Part shown: one piece after another, positions 13,546 to 24,977 of the stretch
Numbering within the stretch: position 1 is the first letter of the stretch
Layout: every line of letters begins with the position of its first letter
NCBI RefSeq assembly: GCF_036971445.1
Contig: NW_027211801.1
Coordinates: 1,302,001 to 1,366,000, forward strand
Source of the DNA: Narcine bancroftii
Lineage: Eukaryota
Length of the DNA stretch: 64,000 nucleotides
Direction: 5' to 3'
Notes under the pieces: generated by a model
Told to the model about the DNA's origin: nothing
The model's database searches: none
What the model saw: only the letters and a program-made list of their open reading frames with translations
Program-made: the position numbers and the translations under genes

Positions 13546-15185
13546 ATGGCTTGGGTTGAGTCTTGATCAGGATTGTCATGTAATGTATCCTCCGAATTGG
13601 AGCGCCTTGCGATTGGGTGAAATATTTTTGGTGTAGAATTTTAGAATTTGTGGAAGGTCGGTTGAAGTTTAAGTTGGAACTTGATCCAATGTTATTTTAA
13701 CTTGGATAAAGCACAACATTGATTTTGGGTATAAAATTGGAGAAATTCCAGCTTGCATTTATTCGACTGCCCTTAGCGGTGCCGAGAAAATGTATAGTAA
13801 TTACTTGAAAAAATGAGATTAAGCTGAATATCCTGAGATGGCATCTGAGTTATGATCGTGTATTCCATTGGAAAAGATAAGTTATAATTTACCTGATAAT
13901 TGTTCTTTATTTATTAAAGTTTGCAATCCATATATGAAATATATGCGTTTAGTAGTGTTACAAGGTTTTTATTGGAAAGAGCAGGCACCCACCACAGCAG
14001 TGAAAAAATAAACAAACATATGCATGTTAACTCCATTATATTTTATTTGGGGTAGTTTGTAGGGGGCCAGGTATGAGTGAGGGGTTGAGGGGGGAAAAGG
14101 GTGAAAATGTTTTGTATATCTGTTATTCCAACATGTCTGTATACTCTATTTTTAATAAATAATATATACAAAAATTGTGTGACCCTTGCGATTGGCCCAC
14201 CTCAATCAGCAGGGGCTACAGTCCAGAGAACCTGCCCAGACTCAGCCCTTACCTTCACCCAATTGGCCCAGGAAAATGACCCCTGCTAAGCCACTGCTGA
14301 GCCCCTGCACTGTACTTGGAGCCATTGACGCAGCAGCCAACGGGACCCAGCCAGCCCTGAGTAATTGCCCCACCCCCTCCCCCAATACTGCCTGCAAAAC
14401 TATAAAGGGTCATGTTCCCCTTTGTTCTGCTGCTTTGGACTCCATTTGTATTCTATCCCTCTTGAAGTGACTGCCAGCATTCAATTTGTGTTCTTCAACA
14501 CCGTCTCAACCTGCAAGTTTACCTTCAGACGATCCTGCACGAGGATTCCCAGGACCATTTGTATCTGAGTCTTTTCAATTATCTCCCAATTTAAAAAAAA
14601 ACATTGTCTGCTCATTTGGAATACAGATGGATAATTCCCTGAAAGTGTCGTCACAGGTAGATAGGGTTGTAAAGAGAGGTTTTGGCATATTGGCCTTCAT
14701 CAATCAGTATTTACCATTATTTAATAAAATTAAAGAGGATTTGAATAGATGGAATGATTTTCCTAAAACTTTAATAGGTTGAGTGAATTGTATCAAGATG
14801 GATAATTTCCCAAGGATTCAATATTTTTTCAATCCATTCCTTTCAATATACCTCAAAAAAAAAATTAAGGATCTAAATTTAATAATGAGGACATTTTTGT
14901 GGAAAGGTAAAATGGTAAATGAATCCTTAGAGAAATTAACTTCAAAATTTGAACTAAGAGGTTTACAGATTCCACATTTTCAATATGATTATAAAGTTGC
15001 TCAGTTGAAATTTATTAATGGAAAATTTGATTGAGGTAAATATTTAACATGGGACATTATACAATTCACTGAAATAGATTTTAAAAATCTATCCTAGAAT
15101 TTATTTATAAATGGAACACCAGATGATTAATTGGTAATACGGACCCTATTTTATTATGGAATAAAATAGATTGTGAGATTGGTGG

Positions 15186-15927
15186 TGTGAGAGATGAGTA
15201 AAACTGATATTCAAATATGAACACGAAGAAACTAAAATTGATACATGGATAAATGAATGAAGCCAGTACAAACAGGATGAGACATGGATATTAGAATGCA
15301 GGAAGCAGAATCAGTCTGAGTAAGATAAGGATCTCCTAGCCTTTAGACAGAATCAGCAAGTTCACTGTATGAATGAGATGAGGATAGACAATAGATCATA
15401 GAATATAGGAAGTAGAGTTAGTATGAAAGAGATAAGGGTCTCCTAGCCCTAGACAGAAGTACCAAGTTCTACATATATAATTAGTAAGCCTTACACAGAT
15501 TTATCAAGTTATGTATATTAAATCAGTAAACTCTAGACAGGATTAGCGAACTCTGCATATGAAGAGACTGTAGCTGAGAGTCGGAAAGGTGTGAATGGGG
15601 ACAAGGGCAAGGTTGTGAATAAGGACAATGAGGATAATGACATGAGAAGACACCGACAGGATACCCCCTGGTCCCCCAAGTTCACAGAAACAGCACGTAG
15701 GCAGGCAGGATTACTTAATGCCAAACCTCTCCAGGAGGCAGAAGAATGTAAGGGGGAGGGTATTCCTATACTGAAATGAACTGTATAAAAGTTGGGTGAG
15801 CCCCAGTGTACGTGTGTATTCCCATGGTAAGGGGAAGCACCCAACTTTGCATTGTTGTTTAATAAATGTTCTTTGTTCTCAATTTTTGTCTCGAGCAATT
15901 TCTGTGAAGGTACATCTATTTCTAACA
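15186..15927 (+). mobile_element. ERV 5' LTR
   Basis: TG...CA ends, repeated gataagg(a/g)tctcctagcc units in U3, TATAAAA near 15784, AATAAA at 15861. Followed directly by a PBS. Confidence 0.85.
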
Positions 15928-15929
15928 AA

Positions 15930-15946
15930 TGGGGCTCATCCGGGAT
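15930..15946 (+). promoter_or_regulatory. Primer-binding site, tRNA-Pro type
   Basis: TGGGGCTCATCCGGGAT versus canonical TGGGGGCTCGTCCGGGAT, 2 nt after the LTR end. Confidence 0.85.
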
Positions 15947-16158
15947 CACACTCCCTCCACTGACAGAGTGCCCGACGACGGGGGTAGGTGCACCCCAGCT
16001 GATTCAGCTGGACTCACGGACGGAGGGTGATTGGTCAGTGGATGAAGCGAGTGATATCTGAGAAGAGGCATTGAAAACAAACGATGAGAGAACGTTGAGG
16101 AAGCGCGCTAGAGATTGCTACTGGAACTCGGTAAGAGGAATTCTACTTGCCTGTTAGT

Positions 16159-16580
16159 ATGGGAAGTGTGGGTAGCAAGGAAGATAATCCTAGTGAAGGA
16201 TGTGAGAATCAGATAACCACGTACAGCCCGTTGGGATTGATGTTATCTGACTGGGGCACGCGGAAGACCCGTGGAAAGAACAAACTGACCATGGTCAGGT
16301 ATTGTATAGAATGGGTTAAAAGCCCAATTAAAGGGAGCTCCGAAAACTGGCCAAAGTTCAGATCCGATGATGACTGGATGTGTCAAGCCTTGAACATCTG
16401 GCTCTATCAAAACCAGAAAGATAATCTTGAGAGCAGGGAATATGCAGCCTGCTGGCTCAGGGAACCATTCAATCAATTGTTTTTGAATGAGAAAGAATGC
16501 AAGGACAAGAGAGATGAGGAACATTTTGTCCCTGAATCACAAGGATGGGATGTGTTACATTCCCTTCCTCCACCTTATGC
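16159..16580 (+). pseudogene. gag: Truncated class I (gamma/epsilon-like) ERV gag, matrix region
   Basis: MGSVGSK myristoylation-like start, SPLGLML, WPKF..., and a PPPY late domain. Host L1 sequence resumes abruptly afterwards. Confidence 0.8.
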
Positions 16581-18130
16581 TAAGATTTCAGGTAAAACAC
16601 CTTGAAATCAAAATAAACTTTTTCCTTTGATTGCTAATAATTAATTTTGAAAGATATGGAATCAAATGAGGATTTAAATAATAAAAGATTGTTTTGAAGC
16701 TGGTTATTTTGTTTCTTTTCTACTAAAGAAAGAAAATATAATGTTCCAAATAAATACTTTTTTTGTTATTATCAAGATTAAGCTCTTTTAATTGATAAAT
16801 TAGGTCAAAGTTTAAGATTAACTGGATAGTCTGAGTTAGAAATGTTACTTATTAAAGTGGGTATTAATAAATTAATTTCAGAAATGTATAAATTACTTCA
16901 AAGGAAAATGGTCCAAAATCGATATTCATAAATCGAGATTAAAGTGGGGAACATATTTAGGTAGAACAACAGATCAAAATGATTGGAGAATGTTATGTAA
17001 AGATAATATGACTAAAATTCTCAATGTAAGATGCAGATTAGAACAATATAGCTTTTTACATTAATAATATTTAACACATTAATTATTAAAAAGATTTAAT
17101 TGAATTTCTTCAGATTTATGTTTTAGACATCATAAAGAGATAGGTTCTTTGTTCACTCAATTTGGCCGCATATTAAGGTTAAGTCATTTTGGATACAAAT
17201 TGAAGCATTTTCAGCAAGTGTTAAAGGTTAAACATCCGTTAGACCCAAAGTTAATTTTATTAGGAAATATTAAAATGTTAATTGTCAAATTATTTTTTTA
17301 CAACCAGCCTCAGCTGTTTCAAGGAAATGGTTTAGCTATTACCTGGAAGTCTGATATAGATTGATGTCTTTTGACCAATTCATTATTAAATATGGTCTAA
17401 CTTATAATACATTACATTGTTATTTTCAATCGAGGGCTTAATTGAGAGAGACATTAGGACTGGAAATGATTTTAAAAGATCTTTCACATTTGAAAAAAAT
17501 TATAGTTGATGGAATGATTAAAAAGTTTATTTTATTTGCATAAATATTATTAAAAGACCAGAAACCTAAAGTAGGTTTGTTTAATTCAAAAAAACAAGGG
17601 AACAAGATTTGGATATAATATCAACAAATCTGGCAGAATTTGTGTGAAGAGGTTATGACAAATACTATTAATGTATGATATAGATTAATGCATATAATTT
17701 TTTAGATCAATTGTATATTAGTCCTCAGAAATTGACTAGATGGTGATTGGATTTATCGGATCCATGTTTTAGATGTGGAAGAGAAATTGGAACTGTTCTG
17801 CACTCTATGTGGTCTTGTTCAATGGTCAACCCGTTTTGGGTTTCTATCAGTCAATTTTTACAACCGAAAACAGGAGTAAATTTTCCTTTAAATCCTCAAT
17901 GACTTTTGCTGGGAAATTTTGAAAGTGTTTCTCCTAAATTATTGTTGTTAGATTCCCAATTAAAGCTTGTTAAGTGGGTTTTAGTAACAGCAAGAAAAGT
18001 GTCACTGTAACACGGAAATCTGATGTTCCATTAACATTAGAGAGATGGTTCGCAGAGATTCCATTAGAAACAATACGGATAAATTTACTGATAAATATTA
18101 TTTATGTTTCCAAATTTGAAATAATGAAAT
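16581..18130 (+). mobile_element. AT-rich L1-clade LINE 3' fragments
   Basis: Decayed C-terminal CFRC...H..W.C motif and AITWKSD motif, present twice in tandem. Confidence 0.7.
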
Positions 18131-18489
18131 AAAAGTAATTATTTTATTAATTTCTATCTTGACCAGTCAAGTTTTCCCTAAAAAAACAACTTCATGATGC
18201 TTTTAAGGTCTTTGTGTCTCAACTGATGGAATCCAAATTAATAACCTAATTGTTTGATAATGAAATATCTTATATTTTAGATTTCGGATTAGATTAGTTT
18301 GGGGGAGGGTGGATAAATAGGTTTTTTTTTGTAATTTGTAGTTATTTTAGATTTTATATTTTAGTATTTTAGCTTTTATAAATAAAGTGTCAATACATAT
18401 TTGTAATATTTTATTATGTACTCATGCTATAACATTCTTATTTTTTGACATTATATATGTTGAATAAATAAAATACTTTAAATAAACAG

Positions 18490-18730
18490 AGAGGGTCCCG
18501 CCAGAATATTAAGGTGTTGTTCCTCCCATTTACAGGTGGTCTTGGTTGGAAAGGGCATGAGACCTCGAACAGACCATTCAGTGCGGGAGAAGGGAGTAGA
18601 TTTGAAGTGGGTGGTCACTGGGAGATCCCTGCCACTGGTGCAGATGGAAAGAAGGTTCTCAGTGAACGGATCTCCTAGTCGGTGCCGAGTCCTTCCGATG
18701 TAGAGGAGGGAAAGTGCAGAGGTCAGAGCC
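18490..18730 (-). mobile_element. Penelope-like element fragment (GIY-YIG endonuclease)
   Basis: LLYIGRTRHRLGDPFTE...DLPVTTHF...EEQHL. Paralog at 59370-59595. Confidence 0.75.
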
Positions 18731-18870
18731 ATGCTGGGCCGAGAGGGAGGTCGCAATCGCTGGCTCTCTGCAAGGTACCCCTAGAATTCTCCCGAGCACC
18801 ACCTTACCTGCTGAATTTACAGCGAGGAGTTGAATAATGACAGACCACAGCAAACTTGCCTCTTCTCCAC

Positions 18871-18876
18871 TTTATT
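18871..18876 (-). terminator. Putative polyadenylation signal of the intact light-chain gene
   Basis: AATAAA ~440 nt after the stop, followed by a GT-rich tract. Conserved in the paralog at 59183-59188. Confidence 0.6.
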
Positions 18877-19316
18877 GAGTTGTGCTTTGCACAGGATCTG
18901 ATCACTACAGGTTCACTGTCTATGGGGGAATCTCTCCACATTCTACACACAACAGGAGTTGAAATGTGGGGCTGGAAGGACAATTCTACAGAATACAGGA
19001 AAATCTGATTTTGGAGATGATTAAGAATTGGGTTGGTCTCCAGCAGTGAATATTTTTGCACGATTATACCACACAAGGCAGACACAGACCCCAAAGAGGG
19101 CATGAAACATGGGCAGAGAATCAGGAACAAAACATGAAAGTCTGCAGACACCCGTGGTTGAAGTAAATACACAACACTGGAGTAACTCAGCAAGTCAAAC
19201 AGTGTCCTTTATATAGCAAAGGTAAAAATACATAATCAACATTTCAGGCTTGAGCCCTTCATTGAGCTGTGAAATCCAAGGCACGAGCCAAGAATCTGCG
19301 TGTTCTGCTGGCCTCA

Positions 19317-19642
19317 CTACACACAGGATAACGACGAGATGGACTCGCGCAGAGGCGAGCTCAGTGAGCTGTGGCTCACGATGCAGGTATAGCTGGAGCC
19401 TGTGTTCCAGGCAGTGGCGGACACATGCAGGTAACTGCTCTGCTTGTAGGTCTGGTCAGCATCAGGGGATGCGACACCCGTCGTCACCCCGCTCTCTGTC
19501 TCGACCCCATCCACGCTCCACCGGAGTGACGCGAAGCCTGGCTTAAAGCCGCTCACCAGGCAAGACAAGGTGGCCGAGCCTGAGTCGGTCTCATTCTGGG
19601 AGGGAGGGAGCAGTTGAACCGAGGGTTTCCGAGAGTCGCTAC
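19317..19642 (-). CDS. Ig light chain constant exon (sigma-cart / type I / NS5-like), intact
   Basis: Acceptor ttctgctctcccacacag at 19643, phase 1. Reads SDSRKPSVQLLPPSQNETDSGSATLSCLVSGFKPG...RWSVDG...YTCIVSHSSLSSPLRESISSLSCV*, with both domain Cys, the Trp and the penultimate interchain Cys. Confidence 0.95.
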
Positions 19643-20695
19643 CTGTGTGGGAGAGCAGAAGGGAAACATCATTAGGTGATGAAGTCCAAACACCAACACC
19701 AACTCTGAATAAAAGATCCCATGGACATGAACACGATGGCCTTTATAAATCAAAGTATTGAGTACAGGAGTTGGGATGTTTTATGGTAAATTAGAGTAAA
19801 ACATTGGTCACGAACTAGGATTGAAAGAGTGTAGAGAACATTTACTCGGATGTTAACAGGACCTCAGGAACAGAGTTACAGAGAAAGGTTAAACAGGCTA
19901 GAACTTTATTCCCTGGGGAAAGGAGAATGAGGGAGATTTGGTAGACATATTTAACGTTATGAGACAGAGAAAATGCTTTTTCAACTGACGATAAGTAACA
20001 TACAAACCAGAGGACATGGGTTCAGGATGAAAGGGGATATTTTGGGGAAGTAGAATGGGGAAGTAGAATGTAAAAAAATAATCTTCTTCCTTCTGACATC
20101 AAAAAAACACAAATATGAAGAAATTAAATTTTATCCCCTTAATTTTTCTAGAATTAAATATAATTGATTAATAAAATTATAATGAACTCACCGATAAATG
20201 ACATTTATAATTTTAGTCATACTAAATTCATCCAATCATTTTGATGAATAAATATTCCTTCATCTTTTACCCATTTCAACCTATATTTATGCAAATCCAA
20301 CATAGACATTTTATTCTGTAATAAAGAATACATCGCAGATCTAAATCCCTTCTTACCTCCCTCTGTAAGTAAAATTTCAAACTTTGATCAACTAGGTAAC
20401 CGTAAAGTATGTCCCAAATTATCCAACAATAAAACATTAAATTGATAATAAGAAAAAAGAGTATTTGAAGGAATATTATTTTTCTCTTTCATTCTTTGGA
20501 AAGAAATAAAATAACCTGCTTCATAAGAATCTTGTACAAATTTAATACACTTTTGATCCCATAACTTCAAAAAATGATTATTGTGTAAAGGAAAAAAGCT
20601 TATATTGATACAAAGGAGTTTTATCTGAAATCTTCCCTTGAGTACCTAGAACTTCATTTATTTTATACCATAGTTGCAAAGTATGTTTCAAATTC

Positions 20696-20881
20696 TTGGG
20701 CTTGGCTTCGCGGACGAAGATTTATGGAGGGGGTAAAAAGTCCACGTCAGCTGCAGGCTCGTTTGTGGCTGACAAGTCCGATGCGGGACAGGCAGACACG
20801 GTTGCAGCGGCTGCAGGGGAAAATTGGTTGGTTGGGGTTGGGTGTTGGGTTTTTCCTCATTTGCCTTTTGTCAGTGAGGTG
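20696..20881 (-). mobile_element. Short RTE 3' fragment
   Basis: Near-identical to the 3' ends of the other RTE copies (cttggcttcgcggacgaagatttatggagg...). Confidence 0.9.
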
Positions 20882-20912
20882 AGGGTTAGGGTTAGGGTTA
20901 GGGTTAGGGTTA
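20882..20912 (+). repeat. Interstitial telomeric repeat
   Basis: AGGG(TTAGGG)4TTA, perfect. Confidence 0.95.
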
Positions 20913-23900
20913 TTTCATCAAAAAGAAGCTGATCCATCCTCTTCTTACCAATTTGAGATCATTCACTATTTGTCCATATCAATGACTTTTCCAAATCAAA
21001 CATCCTTTTAATAAATTTCACTGTGCCACATCATAGTAATTTAGAAAATTCAGAAGTTGTAAACCTCCTCATTCATATTTCCAGGTTAATTTTTGTAAAG
21101 ATACCTTTGCCATCGCATCTTTCCATAACAATTTGCTCACCATGGAGTTCAAATCCTTAAAAAAATTAGTGGGAATCTTACAAGGAATAGATTGAAATAG
21201 ATTCTGAAAATGAGGAAAAATGTTCATTTCAATACATTTAACTCTTTTTATTAAAGTAATTGGTAAATATTTCCATTGATTGAAGTCATTTTTAATTTAA
21301 AAAATAATGGTAAATCATTTATTTCATATAAATGACTATAATTACTATCTTCCTGAACACCTAAATACTTCATTTGATCCAACCATTTAAATTTAACAAT
21401 ATGTTTAGAAAGAGAATAATCTATTGCCTCTAATGGACTAATCTCACTTTTTTCCCAAATGATTTGACAGCCTGATATTTCTCCATACTGTTTCAGTCTG
21501 TCATGTAACCACTTCAAAGAATTCTGAGGTTTGTTAAGAATATCAAAACATCATCCACAAACAAATTAATTTTAAATTCATCAAACTTCACTTTAATATC
21601 TACAATATTACCATCTTGCATAATCATCTGAGCCAAAGATTCAATAACTAATGCAAAAAGAGCTGGTCACAAAGGACATCCTTGTCTAGTTGATCAATTC
21701 AACAGAAAAGGTAAAGAGAACTGTGCATTTGTCAAGACTCTAGCAATAGGATTTTTTAATATAATGCCTTAATCCAACAAGTAAATCTTGGACCAAATGT
21801 AAATTTCTACACAACGTTTAAAAAAAAAACTCCACTCAACTCCATCAAAGGCCTTCTCTGCATCCAATGAAATAACCAATGGTAGTTTGGATTCCTCCCA
21901 AGAAATCTTAATCAAAGAAAACAATTCTGCTGAATTTATAAAGAATGTTATTCTGCTGAATAACAATTTTTAATAAATCTAGCCTGATCCAAATGAATTA
22001 AATCTGGTAAATATTTTGCCAATCTATTAGCTCTTCTTAGCTAGAACCTTTGTTATAACCTTATAATCAGAATTCAACAACGAAATTGGTCGATAAGACC
22101 CATCTTTCAATGGATCCCAATCTTTTATTGAATAAATGGTTATATGGTTATATGGTTAACTATTGTAATAGCTTGAGAAAATGAATCTGGTAAAGAGTGA
22201 ACTTCCATTCCTTGTTTCAATACATCTATTAACAATAGCATTAATAAATCTTAAATACTGGATCTTATGGACCAATTTCTTTGTGAAATGTTGGTTACAA
22301 AATTGTAACTAAGGTTCTAGCAAATTGATTGAGGAAACACTTACCAGGTTTAATACATTTAGATCAAGCTGGTGTTATTAAAAATCATTATTCTTCAGAT
22401 ACTATTGCAATATCAATTAGTATGATTCCTATTTCTTGGGAGGAATCCAACTGACCAGTGGTTTTATCATTAGATGCCAAAAAGGCATTTGATCGGAGAG
22501 AGTGGAGTTTTTTATTGAAGGTATTAAAAAGGTTTGGGTTTGGACCAATGTTTATTCATTGGATTGAATCTTTCTATCAAAAAGCTTTTGCCAGATTGGG
22601 GACGAATGGTCAAATATCATCATGTTTTTATTACAACGATTGAGTAGACAAAGTTTCCCTTTGATTCTTGCATTGTTTGCATTAGGTATTGAAACCTCGG
22701 CTCAATTCATAAGACAAGAAAATAATATTAAAGGTGTTAAAGTGAAATCTGAGGAGTATAAGACTAATTTATTTCCAGATGATGTTTTGGTTTACTGAAC
22801 AGAAACTCAGAATTCTTTGAAATCACTATGTGAAAGATTGAAACAACATGGAGAAATATCTGGCTATAACATTGATGAGGGAAGAAGTTAGATTCTGCCA
22901 TTGATGGTGATGATCCTCATTGTGAAATGATTGTTCAATTTAAATGGTCAGATCAAATTAAATTTTTAGGTATTAGATTGGATAGGAAATTGGATCATTT
23001 TTATGAGTTAAATTAATTGCCTTTATTTCATAAAATCAAGAGTGATTTAAATAGATGAAAGATTTACCTCTCGCATCAATAGATAGAGTTTTTTTTGTGA
23101 AGATGGATATCTTTCCTAGAATATAATATCTTTTTTAATCTATACATTGTAAATACCACAAAAGTTTCTTTGGGATTTGAATTCTACAGTTAGAAAGTTT
23201 ATTTTTATGGAAAGATATCATGTTGAGAGAATCTTTACAAAAATTAATGTGGAGGTATGAACTGGGAGATTTACAACTAACTAATTTTCACAATTATTAA
23301 AGAGGAGCACAATTAAAATGTATTAATAGAATGTTGGACTTGGATTATCCATTGGTTTGGGCTAATACTGTGTTATACACAATTGGTGAGAAGAAAAATA
23401 AGCAATTTATTGATAAATGGAATTCCAAGTTATTATTCACATAAAATTCACCTATTTTGAGACATTTAATTGAATGATAGAAAATGATAAATGACGAAAT
23501 AGGTAAACCGGGGAAAATTTCAGCTAAGACAACTTTATACCCGAATAAACCTTTTCCTTTTACGCTTAATAATCAAAATGTGAGATCAGAAAGGAATTAA
23601 AATTGTACAAGATTGTTATGAAGCTGATTATTTAATGTCTTTTCAAAGAATGAAGGAAATTCCACAAAGTACTTTTTTTTGTTATTCCCGAGTTAGAGCT
23701 TCACTACTGGATAATTTGGGACATTCTTTAATGTTGCCAAGGCAGTTAAAAGTTGAAATTTGGCTTATGGAAGGTGGGAAGAAAACAATTTGTGTCTGAA
23801 ATGTATTTGTTATTACAGAATAAAATGCCTAAATTAGATTTATATAAGTCGAGATTAAATAGGGAAAAGGATTTTGGGATCATAGTTGATCAGGAATTTT

Positions 23901-24439
23901 GCGGTAATTTATGTAAAGATAGTGTGACTAAGATTGTTAATGTGAGATAAGTTGCTTCATTATAACTTTATACATCAGTGATATTTAACCCCTGAAAAAT
24001 TAAAGAGATATAATTTAATTTCTTCAGATTTATGTTTCAGGTGTCATAAGGAAGTAGCTTCTTTCCTACATTCTACTTGGTTATGTGATTATGGTGAAAC
24101 ATTATTGGACACGACTAAAAAAGTTTTTTAGGGAAAGTTCTTAAGAATAAATTGGACCCAACATGATTTTTGTGAAGTGATGTTAAAATGTTGACCTTGG
24201 AATTGAGATTAACTGGGTATCAAATTGCGTTGGGGGCCCACACACACCAATCTGGGGGTCGGGGTGAGGTGACTTTCCCAGGTCAAACCTCATCTGGCTG
24301 AGGGGGATCTGCAGAATCTGTCTCCAGCGCGGGGTCTCGACAGTTTACTGACATCTTCTGTGCTCACGGACAAAATGAATGAAAGATAGATTCTCAGATC
24401 TGGAAATAAAAGTCCGAAAAGTTCCCTGAGTTCACTCAC

Positions 24440-24802
24440 TTGTTACGATCAACGTGGATCCAGGGCCGAACACGTATTCGTTTGCTGAACCGTCCCATGT
24501 AGCACAGTAGTAGACGGCGGAGTCTCCAGCTTCCAGGCTGCGGATGGTCAAGGTGTGAGTGTTGGCCGAGGTGTCTCTGGACGGGGCGAATCGGCTGGTG
24601 AACCCGCTGCCTCGGTAGATATCATTATCCGGTTGGTGTTCCAATACCCACTCTGGAGCTTCTCCGGGTCGCTGTCGGTACCAGTTCATGTAGTAACTTG
24701 CAACGCTCCCCCCCTCCAGCCGACACTCCAAGTGGACGGTCTGTCCCGCAGAGAGTGGGTCGGACATTGGGGTCTGATGGAGTTTAACCAACGCCAGGAC
24801 AC
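24440..24802 (-). CDS. Germline-joined VJ exon of Ig light chain (sigma-cart / type I / NS5-like), intact
   Basis: Acceptor cattgcag and donor gtgagt; 363 nt, phase 1 to phase 1. Reads VLA-LVKLHQTPMSDPLSAGQTVHLECRLEGGSVASYYMNWYRQRPGEAPEWVL...RFAPSRDTSANTHTLTIRSLEAGDSAVYYCATWDGSANEYVFGPGSTLIVT. QTP.SDP.SAG, WYRQRPGEAP.WVL and RF.PSRDTS match recalled elasmobranch type I V motifs. Confidence 0.95.
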
Positions 24803-24928
24803 CTGCAATGACACAAAAAACACCGCAGCGGGTGAACGCGGGAAAACAAGGCGCGGGAAAAAGGTCCAACCCGGCTCAGTTCGAGGGGAGGGGATAGCAT
24901 CAACGGGGAATGGCCCCCGACTTCTCAC

Positions 24929-24977
24929 CTGGAACCCAGACCATCAGAGACCACAGGAGACCCAGCGCAGAGACCAT
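24929..24977 (-). CDS. Leader exon of the intact light-chain gene
   Basis: ATG at 24977, MVSALGLLWSLMVWVP-G, 49 nt, donor gtgag, 126-nt intron. Spliced CDS is 49+363+326=738 nt. Confidence 0.93.

Larger units (their letters stand above)
13606..21090. repeat. Segmental duplication arm, inverted copy at ~55310-63575 (C exon, 3' UTR, downstream flank, part of the J-C intron)
   Basis: Colinear reverse-complement matches: 13606/63575, 14500/62280, 17800/60300, 18600/59480, 19642/58411, 20640/55570, 21085/55320. Confidence 0.88.
20100..24230. mobile_element. Two oppositely oriented L1-clade fragments filling the J-C intron (minus ~20100-22260, plus ~22260-24230)
   Basis: SLDAEKAFDGVEW on minus (21769-21966) and SLDAKKAFDRREW on plus (22458-22643). 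Confidence 0.8.

Noticed and set aside
24803-24869. N-terminal extension of ORF 24432-24869 (MDLFPAPCF...)
   Set aside because: Intron read-through. The real start is the spliced leader at 24977.
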